From the NCBI GenBank assembly GCA_951406725.2, contig OX597818.1:22940001-23004000 (forward strand): 64,000 nucleotides of DNA, in the 5' to 3' direction. Both the position numbers and the translations under genes were made by a program. The notes below the pieces were generated by a model. That model saw nothing but the letters and a program-made list of their open reading frames with translations. It was not told where the DNA came from and did no database searches. This document shows, piece by piece, positions 14,436 to 26,474 of the stretch. Position 1 is the first letter of the stretch. Every line of letters starts with the position of its first letter. The stretch comes from Octopus vulgaris (lineage: Eukaryota).

Positions 14436-17400
14436 ATGTGATTGTGTGTCTGTGTTTGTCTCCCTAGCATTGCTTGACAACCGATGCTGGTGTGTTTGCG
14501 TCCCCGTCACTTAGCGGTTCGGCAAAACAGACCGATAGAATAAGTACTGGGCTTACAAAGAATAGGTCCGGGGTCGATTTGCTCGACTAGAGGCGGTGCT
14601 CCAGCATGGCCGCAGTCAAATGACTGAAACAAGTAAAAGAGTAAAAGAGTAAGAGTATATATAAAGGACCCCTTTCCGTCATGAATGACCATTGGATTGC
14701 ACCTAGAAGGTTACTCTCCGAGGTACAAGTCCAGGCAAGGTTGTTGCCAATACGACTTGGCACCAGTAACATTGCAACTCATTTCTACAGCTAAGTGAAC
14801 AGAAGCAACGTGAAATGAAGTGTCTTGCTCAAGAATACAACACATAGACCTGTCTGGAAATCGAACTCACAACTTCATAGTTGTGAACCCGACGTTCTAA
14901 CCACTGAATTAGTTTTTAGGGATAGGGTGTCATTATACGTCCACACAGCTTATATTTAAAGTGTTTTGTACGTAATACCTGTATTTAAGTAATACCATTA
15001 AGGGACCGCTGTATTTCAGTTTTACCAGTTTCACTTCAACATTAAAATGTCACCCACCGTGGTCGACTTTGCCTTTCATCCTTTCGAGGTCGATAAATTA
15101 AGTACCAGTTGCGTACTGGGGTCGATCCAATTGACTGGCCCTCTCCCCCAAAATTTCGGGCCTTGTGTGCCTAGAGTAGAAAAGAACACTAAAAATTCAT
15201 TTATGTATGTATGTATGTATGTATGTATGTATGTATGTATGTATGTATGTATGTATGTATGTGTGTATGTATGTATGTATGTATGTATGTATGTATGCAT
15301 GTATGTATGTACGTATGCATGTATGTATGCATGCAAACAGAAAGAAAGCAAAGACTGAAGATTTTCAGATGATGAATATTTAAGTATAAATATATAGATA
15401 TTCATCTATTAATAGTCCAAATGACAGAGAAAATTAAAGGGGAGGAGGTAAGGGGTTATAAGTCCAACAGCTGTTTCTTTTGGCTTGGAGATCCGTCATA
15501 ATATGGGTAGATGTAGTTCACCAGAATATGTAACCAGTAATGGAATCAAATAAACATTGGATAAATCGAACCTCTACCACTTTACATTTCAGATCATGAT
15601 ACAGAGAAGCTTAAAGGTAGAATATTTAAATATAGAAAACAAGCCGTATTGGAGAGAGGAAGTAGGAGGCTTGACGGAGGTGTGGGGAATTTTGAGGCAG
15701 CGAAGGGTGAAAAGGGATATATGGAGTAGACTAAAAGGTATTAACCCATACTGTGGATACTAAGAACGCTCGTCTTTATAGAGCTAAATATCCTAAACCG
15801 TTGGAACGATACAATATACTACACTATGTGTGTTGTATCAATATATTACAAGTTGTGGAAACCATCTCTTGTTGATATACAATGTATGTGTGTGTTGTGT
15901 GCGTGTGTGTGTGTGTTGTGTGTGTGTGCGTGTGTGTGTTTGTGTGTGTGTGCGTTTGTGTGTGTCTGCACGCGTGTGTGTATGCGTGCGTGCAACAGAG
16001 GGCGCTTGATAAACAGCATAAAACATTTGAAAGTATATAGCGTCTGTAGAGTAATGCTTTTGTATAATCAGGCAGCACAAGTACAAATACCTGGTGGACT
16101 ATCAGGGGCCTTGCGATGAGCACTAATTTAAATTCTATCTGCACATGTTCAGAAGTATTTTGAAAAATTGTATACTGAACACACACACATACACACACAC
16201 ACACACATACACACACACACACTCACTCGCACATCGCTTATTGTATTAAGACAAATAGATCTCTTACATAGAAGGCGTGAGTTATTCCGCTCTGTCTGTT
16301 TCAATTTTGAGATGATACAAGAAACATTCCGTTACAAATCAAAGAACAAATATGTTAGGTGAAATTAAGGGAGACTGAAGCATCATTAATGAAGGGAGAA
16401 TATATACGCAGTAGGGAAAAGGAGGACAAGTGCTAGAAAGAAAAACTAGAGAAATGAGAGAATGAGAAAAAGTGAAAGGGTGCATAAAGTGAAGCAAAAT
16501 CAACGAATAGCTGTCGTCTATTTCTTTACTAGTCTATGGTTATTAAGTCGTTGATTAAATTTCCCCTCTGCCATGCCTATGTACCGTTTGCGTGGCACTT
16601 CTAAGTTGAGCTTTACAAAAGTGGCTTCTGCTTCATAAACTATGGTTTCTCTATTGCACGATTTATCTAGTGGACATGTGTTTACATTCCTGAGTTACCA
16701 TGTGGCTTCACTTTTATTGGTAGCTGTGTGTCTTATTTTATTTTAATATTCGTTGTACCATTGTCTTTTATTTTCAGGATGTGTAAAAAAAGAATTTTTT
16801 TATATATATGAGCTGTAGATAAATGCTTGCATATTAAAGCTAGCCTTTTTTTTTTTTTTGCTATATTTGATATAACATTGAATGAAAAGGGTGTGTGAGT
16901 AATATAATATTACAGCGACATTTTTAGTTCGCAGAGCGTGGAATAATGCGATTAGATCATTTTATTTTTAAATCCACCAGGCAGTGAAGGAGTATTGTGG
17001 TAGGGCGCTGCTTTAATACACGCATGCACACACACATATACAGACGCGAGCGCCCATATACATGCATACATATATGCATACATACAGAACACACACACTC
17101 ACAGACACACACATACATACACATATATGTTTATAGTGTGTGTGTGCATATATATTTATTTATAATATATATACATGTATATATGTATATATGCATTTTT
17201 GTATACATGCATGTTTGTGTATGCATGTTTGTATATGTATATATGTGTTTGTAAGTAAGTATATATATGCATACGTATAGATTTACACGCACACTTACTC
17301 TCACACGCATACGGACGCACACGCGCGCACACACACGCGCGCACACACACGCACACACATACACACACACACCCTGTATAACTATATACAGGAAGGGTGT

Positions 17401-17734
17401 TCCAAATGTTTTGCGTCTGACTATGCTTGACAATGAGCCAAAATTATTACCTTATTATCATTATTATAATTATATATTATTTAAATATATTGTTTTCATA
17501 AATTTTGGACGGTATTATTGCTCTCAATACCTTCTTGTAATTTACATTTCCGGAAATGAAGGACAGCAGGGTACGATATTCCGATGAAAATCTCAAGCTC
17601 AGACATGGAAACTGGGATCCATCCAAGCAGAGCTTAATATGTGGAGAATACACCACTACGAACCGACGCGAAAAAATAACCCATGTGTTGGAAATATAAT
17701 TTCAGAAACACTTTTGTACATAAAGTGTAAAGAC

Positions 17735-18056
17735 AACCCCTTCGGTCATGAATGACCATAAGATTGCACCTAGAAAGTTCCCCTCCGAAACACAAGTCAG
17801 GGCAAGGTTGTTTATGGAAGACCAGCAGTGACCCATACATACTAGCCTCTCCTCTCCACGCCACCGATGTTATCCAAGGGAAAGCCGATACAGCTTGGTA
17901 CCAGTGACGTCGTCATTTCAACAGCAGATTGAACTGGTGCAACATGAAATAAAGTGTCTTGCTCAAGAATACAACACACAGCCCGGTCTGGAAATCGAAT
18001 TCACAACCTCATGATTATGAACCCGACGCTCTAACCACAGACCCATGTGCCTTCAG
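17735..18056 (-). mobile_element. SINE family D (head and body as in C, different tail)
   Basis: Minus strand TGAAGGCACATG...TTCGATTTCC...TTCTTGAGCAAGACACTTTATTTCA; second copy at ~14667-14908. Confidence 0.85.
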
Positions 18057-19136
18057 ATACATACAAAAATATATGTATAAGTATATATTTATGCTGGTAA
18101 ATGAATGTTTATGCATGCATATATTACATATATACACACACACACATATATATCGATATGTATTTATAAGATCAAAGGAACTAAGGGTAGGAAATTTGTA
18201 AGCTTCGAGCAGTCTGTGATAGGTATAAAAAAAAAAACAACGCTCAGGAACAATAACAAGCGTAGAAGGTTGTAGGCTTTGCCAATATCGAAGTTACGGT
18301 TAGTAACTTCAATTGCTATGAATGCGAATAAAAATCGAATTTGAGGGAGTGGATCAGGTAAATCCAGATTACATATGTTTCCTACCTAGCAGATCCTCTG
18401 ATGAAATAAGTGCTCAACGAGAGGTGCTCAGCCAGATACTCTTCACGTCGAAGATACCTTAATTATATGAAGGTTACATTGTTGTTAAGGAATCCCAAGT
18501 TACCTCGGCAAAGATATAATTTGAAATGAGTGGTGAAGCCGGAAGAACAGAGTAAAAAAACCATGTGTGTGCGTGTGTGTGTGTGTGTGTGTGAGTACCC
18601 ACATTCTCCCTTCGTCGTTACCCCTCCATCCACACCCCATGCCTATACATCCCACCTCACCCACCCCTACACATCCCAGTCCCACCCACTCTCACATACC
18701 CCACTCCTAGTTCACATCCTCACCCCAAACACACACCCCAAACCCCACTCTCGCATCCGCACACCTCAACACCGCCACACTACACCACACACCACCACAC
18801 CACACACCACCACACCACACACCATCACACCATTCCGCACACACTATCACTGACCACTTCCCAACACCCACACCATCATCCACACACCCACACATTACAG
18901 ACGCTCATACACACGCACACATCCACACGTCAAAGTCACCAGCCCCTATCCACACGGGCACACTTACACACTCTCACATACACACGCACGTTCTCGTTCG
19001 TTTTGGAATCACCAATACTTTATTATCTTCCATCCTTCCTAACTCTCCTGTCTACCTCTGTCCAGCCAGCCGTCATGATTGACCGCTAACTCCAAAAGAT
19101 TTTTTATTCTCTCTCTCTATTTATTTCCTTTTGTTC

Positions 19137-19172
19137 CTTTCTGCTGAAGAGCGTAGGCTCTAAACGTAAAAG
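19137..19172 (+). ncRNA. Minimal hammerhead-like fold, variant core (GAAA mutated)
   Basis: CTTT-CTGCTGA-a-GAGC-gtag-GCTC-tAAA-CG-TA-AAAG; element ~19060-19262 matches ~55295-55478 in reverse. Confidence 0.55.
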
Positions 19173-19257
19173 ATTTTCTCACCTTCCCGAGCGTTAAACT
19201 AATACACCTGTTTGTTGTTCTTCCACCTGTCTTCGTCTTTTGTTTTTCTGTAAATTT

Positions 19258-19331
<74 letters not shown>

Positions 19332-20774
19332 ACGTTCACAGTGAATATAATTAGTTTGACGCTTGAAGAAAAAGTTATAAAATGAAAGTTACTGAGTAAA
19401 AGCATGACATTTCAGGCATAAGCTCTTCATCTGAAATGCAGAGATTAGTTCGGAGAAGAAGAGAATGAAGGAGAGAAAAGATATTGTGGCAGAAGTTTAG
19501 GGACAAAAGCATGTGCGTAATTCACATATTCGATCACCGACATATAAGCTTACTGGACTTCATGGACTTACATAAAACACTCGGATAACACTGTAACCAT
19601 TTTAAATTATTATTATTTTTTTTTTGCCTTTGATCAGTAAATGTTATTCTCTATTTGCTTCTATTTAAAAATCAAAGGAAATGATTATTCCCTTCAAACT
19701 TTACCTTTGTGACCCGGACATCAATAATTTGAAACTGAACTATTTTTCATTAAATTTCAGTGCTGAGTTGCTGAAGCAGAAATATCGTTATCAGAAATAT
19801 AACGATATTTCAGATTTGCTTGTTAGTTTCTTGGCCTTAATCCCTTGAGCATGTCCCTCAGGGGCTGATAATAGGTGCAACCCTAATCATGAGCAGGAGT
19901 TTTGGGGGAGCATCATAGCTGTGTGTTGAGAGAGATTTTGGGAGTGGGACTAATAAATGTAAGAAAAGCAAAGTTTGAAGGAAATATTTTGGCCATTTTT
20001 CATATTTTCTAGGGATAAGCAAATAGGAAATAACAGTTGCTACTCAAGGAGAAAAATCGTGTTACACAGTGTAATCTATCAGTGTTTATATGAACACAAA
20101 CAAGCGTATACTTCAGCATGCGACAGCGGACCCAGGCGCGGGCAGAGAAAAGTAGTAGTAACTTAAGGTGCTTGGTTGCCGTACTCTGTGATGATTGTAA
20201 TGAGTTATTTGTGCATGAGTGCATGGATGTATTGAGCATATGAGCACATCGATGAGCATGTGTGCGTATATGCGCGACAATATGGATATGGATGACTTCA
20301 CGTTTGGATCAGGCCGTGTATGTGTGAGTGTATGTATGTGTGTATATGAGCGAGTGGAAGGATGCGGGTTGGACGATACACTACATGCCGCCTCTCAGAG
20401 ACTACGGAAGTGTTTATGAACAGCCGCTTCGTCTGCCGAAGAGCAAATTCTTTGAAGTGATATTATAAGCCTATCAAAGCGATCTCTGTCTCTCTTCTCC
20501 TCAGATATTTGCTGATAATGCTTTGTAGCATTTCGTTCGTCCTTACGTCTTGAGTTCAAATTCCGCCGACGTCGACTTCACATTTGATCCTTTCGAAGCC
20601 GATAACATAAATACTGGTCAAATGCCCGCTTCCTCAAAAACTGCTGGCTTTGTACCAAAATATGAAACCATTATTATTGTCATTGTTGTTGTCTTTTTTA
20701 TAGAGTCGACGTTGCTTCGGGGATATTTCTTTTCTTTCTTTCCTCTCTTATAATTATATTCGGAATGTTGTGTG

Positions 20775-21040
20775 CATCTCTCTAACCGCTCAGTCGAAGT
20801 CGACTCTCGGTCACTCGTTGGATCAGTGTCTTCCAGTCAGTTCTATCCTGGGCCGCTTCTTTCAGATTGGCTATGTCCATTCCGGTATCACTCTTGATGG
20901 TGTTAAGCCAGCGGGTTCTTGGTCGGCCTCTTCCTCTCTTGCCACTGACCATTCCGAGCATGATGTCCTTCTCCGGGGATTTTCTCCGCATAATATGACC
21001 GAAATATGCCAATCTATGCTTGGTGATCCTAGCTTCTAGC
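20775..21040 (-). mobile_element. RTE/BovB-like LINE 3' fragment
   Basis: YFGHIMRR...IMLGMVSGKRGRGRPRTRW...AAQDRTDWK...VTESRLRL is a typical RTE ORF C-terminus. Confidence 0.85.
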
Positions 21041-21111
21041 GTCTAGAATATGCCTAAATATGTAAGAAAGGGTGTGGCATCCACCATCCTTCTTACATTG
21101 ACTTTTTCTGT

Positions 21112-21174
<63 letters not shown>

Positions 21175-21180
21175 TTGTAA

Positions 21181-21493
21181 AGGCTTAGTGGTTAGGGCAT
21201 TCGGTTCAAGATCATAAGGTCGTGGGTTCAATTCCCGGCTACACGTTGTGTCCTTGAGCATGGCACTATATTTCACGTTACTCCAGTGCATTCAGTTGGC
21301 AAAAATGAATAGTACCTGCATTTGAAAGAGCCGGCCTTGTCACATTCTGTGTCACGCTGAATCTCCCTGATAGTTACGTTAAGGGTATACGTGTTTGTTG
21401 AGTGCTCAGTCACTTGCACGTTAATTTTATGAACAGGCTGTTCCGTTGATCGGTTCAGCTGGAACCCTCGTCGTCGTAACCGACGGAGTGCCT
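21181..21493 (+). mobile_element. SINE family C copy
   Basis: Colinear with 55541-55864. Confidence 0.88.
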
Positions 21494-21544
21494 TGATATA
21501 TGTGTATGTATATGAATGTATATGTGTGTATATATATATATGTA

Positions 21545-21587
<43 letters not shown>

Positions 21588-21599
21588 TTATATATATAT

Positions 21600-21662
<63 letters not shown>

Positions 21663-22270
21663 AGCTATTTACGATACTTACGTATACACACCATTGAAAA
21701 GAATGAGGGTGTGGTTTTTATCCGAGAGAAAATCTTTTCATAGACAGGATATAAACATCGGAATGAGATAAAGGTCGACCCTGGTGTATTCGGCAGTCAC
21801 TACTGAGAAGATGTTTGTCTCATACTGGTGTATATTCTAATTTTTAACACGACATATCTATAGAGATATTTTCTCTCAGATAAAGAACAAAGCATCATAC
21901 CGTTCAGTGATGTACCTACATTAAGTATGATATATGGACGGTTATTTCAATCTAATGCTGTTTCATATATATATATATATAATCAATAATAATGAAGGGT
22001 AAAATTAATTAATCAGATAATAATTAATAATTTTACCAAGTAGTTCGGTATGTTAAAAGAACCATTATCGGTAAACTTATACAAAATTTCTATAATTATG
22101 AGCATAATTAGAATTAGGGCTCAGCAAAATTTGCTTCACCACATACCGAAATTTAGAAATAGCAGTTAAAATACTATTCTACTTCCATAAGATATCTCCC
22201 AGACAGCAATACTCTACAACTCATGCAGGTTAAGAGGGAAAAAAATAACGAATCCACACGGCTTTGGTGA

Positions 22271-22354
22271 ACTGTATACGCGTTTCGGGGTTAATGAGAT
22301 GTAAAAAGATGTAAAATCCTATTTCTACTCACTTATTCCCTTCCTCAGTACAGT
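22271..22354 (-). ncRNA. Type I hammerhead ribozyme fold, canonical core (same family as 55898)
   Basis: Minus strand ACTGTA-CTGAGGA-aGGG...CCCc-GAAA-CGCG-TA-TACAGT; flanks ~22130-22365 match ~55885-56115. Confidence 0.75.
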
Positions 22355-22377
22355 ATTTCAAATGTTAAATTTGAGAG

Positions 22378-22424
<47 letters not shown>

Positions 22425-22429
<5 letters not shown>

Positions 22430-23605
22430 GTTGGACCTTAAAATTTCAAACAAATTTATTTTAATATGTGGTAGGACCGCTTTGGCAGTAAATACAGCTT
22501 CAATTGTACAAGTTATGGACTCGTACAAAATTTGAATTGTTTCAAAGGAATTTTTGTCCATTATTCAGCGAAAACAGTATCCAGTTCTTGTAGTGATGAT
22601 GGTGGAGGATATCGACTCCTTACTTGTTTTTCTAAAATGCACCATAAATGTTCAATAATATTAAGATCTGGGGACTGTGGTGGCCAGATAAGATGTTCAA
22701 CTTCACTAGAATGTTCCTCGTGCCATTCAGTAACAACTTTAGCTGTGTAAATTGGTGCATTATCATCCGGAAACAGTTCCGCAACCATAGGATGAATTTG
22801 ATCAGATAAAATGCTTAAATAGTCTTGACTATTGATTCTGAAGGGAAACCATTGGGCCGGCGGATTTCCAAGATGTAGCCCACAGATCATCACAGATCCT
22901 CCTCCATGTTTAACATCTGGAAGAAAGCAGTCTGGGTCAAATTCCTCTTTTGGCTGTCTCCACACGTATACTCGGCCGGTGGACGGAAATAAGGTAAGGG
23001 ATGACTCGTCCGAGAAAATAACATTCTCCGCTGTTCTAGGGACCAATTCTAAACGCTTTGTAACGTTTGTTTTTGAAAGTAGTGGTTTTCTGATTGCAAT
23101 CCTCCGTGAAATCTGACTTTGTGCAGCTCCTGGTGAACAGTTTTTGTAGAAACTGGGTTCTCGAGGTAGTCATTAAGCTGTGCAGTAATTTTGTGATCTT
23201 TTCTAACAATTCGTGTAAGAGTCCGTCGATCCCTATCTGAAAGTTTTGGTTTTCTTCTGGAGTTTTGTTTCGACGAGGAGGTTTTTTCCCACTTTCTCAA
23301 ACGCTGTCATTACTTTCGAGGCACTACATCTTGATACACCAAACATTTCGGCTGCTTTAGTTATGCTGGCGCCTGCTATATGAGCACCAACAATTTGACC
23401 TCTTTGAAAGTCCAATGGATCTGTCATTTTAATGAATTTTAATTACCTTTTTCTGATGATATATAAAAAAAACAGCAACTTTAGCAAAACAGATTAAGCA
23501 ACACTAACAATAAATCAAAAAAAAAAATAAATAAAAACGGTTTTATAGATATTTCAAAATTATGATGCTATTGATGCTAGGTGTTTCCATTATTTTGTCC
23601 AACCC

Positions 23606-23608
<3 letters not shown>
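22425..23608 (-). mobile_element. Tc1-like DNA transposon, transposase pseudogene
   Basis: Terminal (C/T)AGGGGTTGGAC inverted repeats within (TA)n. Frameshifted pieces: DFQRGQIVGA (HTH), VIFSDES, VKHGGGSVMI, DDNAP, WPPQSPDLNIIEHLW. Confidence 0.92.
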
Positions 23609-23643
<35 letters not shown>

Positions 23644-24550
23644 GTCTGTGTTTGTTTCGGCACGTGACTCGACAGTATAATTGGCATATATATTGGTTTC
23701 AAATTTAGGTAGTCTCGGTGGCGGGGCTATGTCGATTACATCGACCCCAGTGCTCAAGTGGTACTTACTTTATCGATGAAAGGCAAAGTCGACTTCGGCA
23801 GAATTTGAACTCAGAACGTGCAGACGGACAAAATATCGCTAAACAATTTGTCCGGCATGCTAACGATTCAGCCAGCTCACAACCACCTTCTATGTAGCAT
23901 GTATACCATCGTAAGCTAAATATACTGTCGATTTACAAATTGATAAGGGAGACTGTATGGAGGTTTATTTGACCTACTAGAACTAGCAGCCAAATTTCAC
24001 CGCAAAGCGTGATTTGGCTGCCAGGGCATATAGTTTTAAGACACCCTGTTGTCTTAAAACAAAGAGAAGCATATTGGAAAATGATGCACTGTAAGATATA
24101 CCGTCCAAATATATGACAGGGTCGTTAAAGCTGAAACGCCTTTCGCCATAAGTGTATCTGGTCAAGTTTGATATAGGTTTAAGCAACAACATCAACGGTG
24201 ACAGCAACATCATCATAACCCCTATAAATGTAAATTTTCTTATTTTATCATGTAAATTCATTTCCTCTGAGTTTCCGTGTTAATTTCTGCTCGTTTACGC
24301 TGTTTTCAGTCGTGGCTTAGTGGTCAACAGCCAGTGAGTGTTCAATTTTACGAGATGGCAAGGGATGATTTAATATATTATAATATATATATGAATGCTT
24401 TTATAGATTTGAATATTTTTTAATATTTTTGTAGCCAAACCGACCGGCTTCTTGCGGAGCTCGTCGGTTGGGCGAAATTTTGCCCCATTCGGGGTGAAAT
24501 TACTGTTTATCCTTTTGAAATTGACATTTTTTGCACACACACATTACAAA

Positions 24551-26433
24551 ATGGCATTGAAACGAGCTGCTGGCTCTTCCCTCCTTCTTACAACACCCCC
24601 TCCACAAGAACAAAAAAAAATAACGTCACGGGTTACGAACAACCCATTTCAGGCCGTAAAAGGCAACAGAGCTCCTCCTTCCGAACCGGAGAGCACGCGC
24701 TCGGTTCAAAAGGAGAATGCAAGCCAGGACGTCGCGTTCGACGTAATTCTCGATTTTCCCCCTCTGCCTTCACCCAATGCTTTGGTACGGAAGGAGGAGG
24801 AAGAAAAAACAATTACAAAAATCATCACAAACATTGACACGGAGAAAAAAGAAAAAACTTCCAACAATTTTGCTTCTGCTGCGAAGCAAATTTCGGAGGA
24901 AGTTAAGATAACTCTAGAAGATGTGAAAAGAGCGAAGGAGTTGTTGAGGAAGGATGGCAATGGCATCTTCCTCAATACTCCACAAGAGGTGATTGAAAGC
25001 ACCAACAAGAAAACAATAATTTACAAAGTTTTCGACAGAAAACTAAAAAGAATAACAAATGCCACACCCCAACAGTTGGAGATAGCTCTAAAGCCCATTT
25101 GGGCCCAAAAGAGCTACGTAACCAAGGGGAAGCGTTTTGGAACCGTGGAGGTTCGCTTCCCAACAGAGGAGCTTGCAAGGGCGAACGCCATTTCGCCCTT
25201 GCAAACTGAGAATTTGTTACTAGTTCCGACCCACCTCGGGCGAAGAGTAACAAAAATAAAAATCGACCTCGCCCCCCTCAGCTAGATATGTCATGGCTGG
25301 TGGCAGCTGTCCTCTATGATATAGAGGACACTACCACCATTCTAGATGTCAGGAGAGTGAGGGCGAAAAACTGGTTGGGGATGGGAGTGCTGCTTCTTGC
25401 GCAAATTCAGCAAGAGAATATAAGTAAAGTCCCTGATTTCGTAAGTTTGCCGGACGGCACCAGGCTAAACGTTGCTGTGGAGGGGCGAAAGCCAAAATGT
25501 TTTCTCTGCAGCAGCGAAAGCCACTTAAAGAGGGACTGTCCCATTCACAAAAAGAGGATGGAGGCTTTCAGCAAGAGGCAGCAGCAACAACAACAACAAC
25601 AACAACAACACAAGCAACAACAACAGAAACAACAAAAACAGCTAGAAACACCAAAGGCTGCCACACCACCAACACCATCACCAACACCAGCACCAAGACG
25701 AACAACACCACCTCCAACAACAACAACCACCACCAAACCAACACCGACAACCACCACCAAACCAACACCGACACCAGTACCTCGAAGGTCGACAGCAGCG
25801 ACATCAACAGTAACAGGAGCAGCGGCACCACCGATACCGGCGGAACCAAAAACTTTTCGTCCTGCTACTGAAGCAGACCCCTCAACCATTCCTTTGCCGG
25901 ATGAAGAGATCTCGGATTGTGCGAGCTCTGATTCCAACAAAGGAGAATGGAACATAGTGCCTCCAAAAAAGAAAAGGAGGAAAAAACAAAAAGATTTACA
26001 GGGGAAGCACGAACAAATAGTACTTCCCAACATCAACAACAACATCAACAACAACACACACTCACAACAACAAACAACAACAACAACACTTTCGACACCA
26101 CTACTGCCACTACCACAGACACAAACAAACACAGACACAATTACAGACACGATTACAGCAGTGAATACAAGAAACCAGGAACTGGTTGAGTATTTGAAAA
26201 ACAAAACAAGCACAAACATTACAGATTTCATAATACCTACACACAACACACCACCAGCACACATTCTCACAATAAAAATAAACAAAACAGTTTACAACGA
26301 AATAAAACAAATATTCCCTAACGATGTGGGATCGTTAGGGAAAAGTTTCTCTCAGAAACTTTACAAAAATATTGTAGAAGCACCCGTGCAAAAGCACAAG
26401 GGAGCCACCCCCACCACCAACAACAGTAAGTAG
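24551..26433 (+). pseudogene. LINE ORF1 (gag-like, CCHC zinc knuckle), split by a 1-nt frameshift at 25272-25277
   Basis: ATG at 24551 (MALKRAAG...) reads to TAG 25283-25285. The next frame continues ...QLDMSWLVAAV... and contains CFLCSSESHLKRDC (CX2CX4HX4C), a polyQ tract, a P/T-rich linker and a basic PPKKKRRKK motif. Confidence 0.85.
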
Positions 26434-26474
26434 AGCCTTTTTTCTCCTTTTTTTTTCCCCCTAACTTTTGAAAC

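Noticed and set aside
15455-15535. Hammerhead-like CTGGTGA...GAAACAGCTGTT on the minus strand
   Set aside because: Stems I and II do not pair convincingly.
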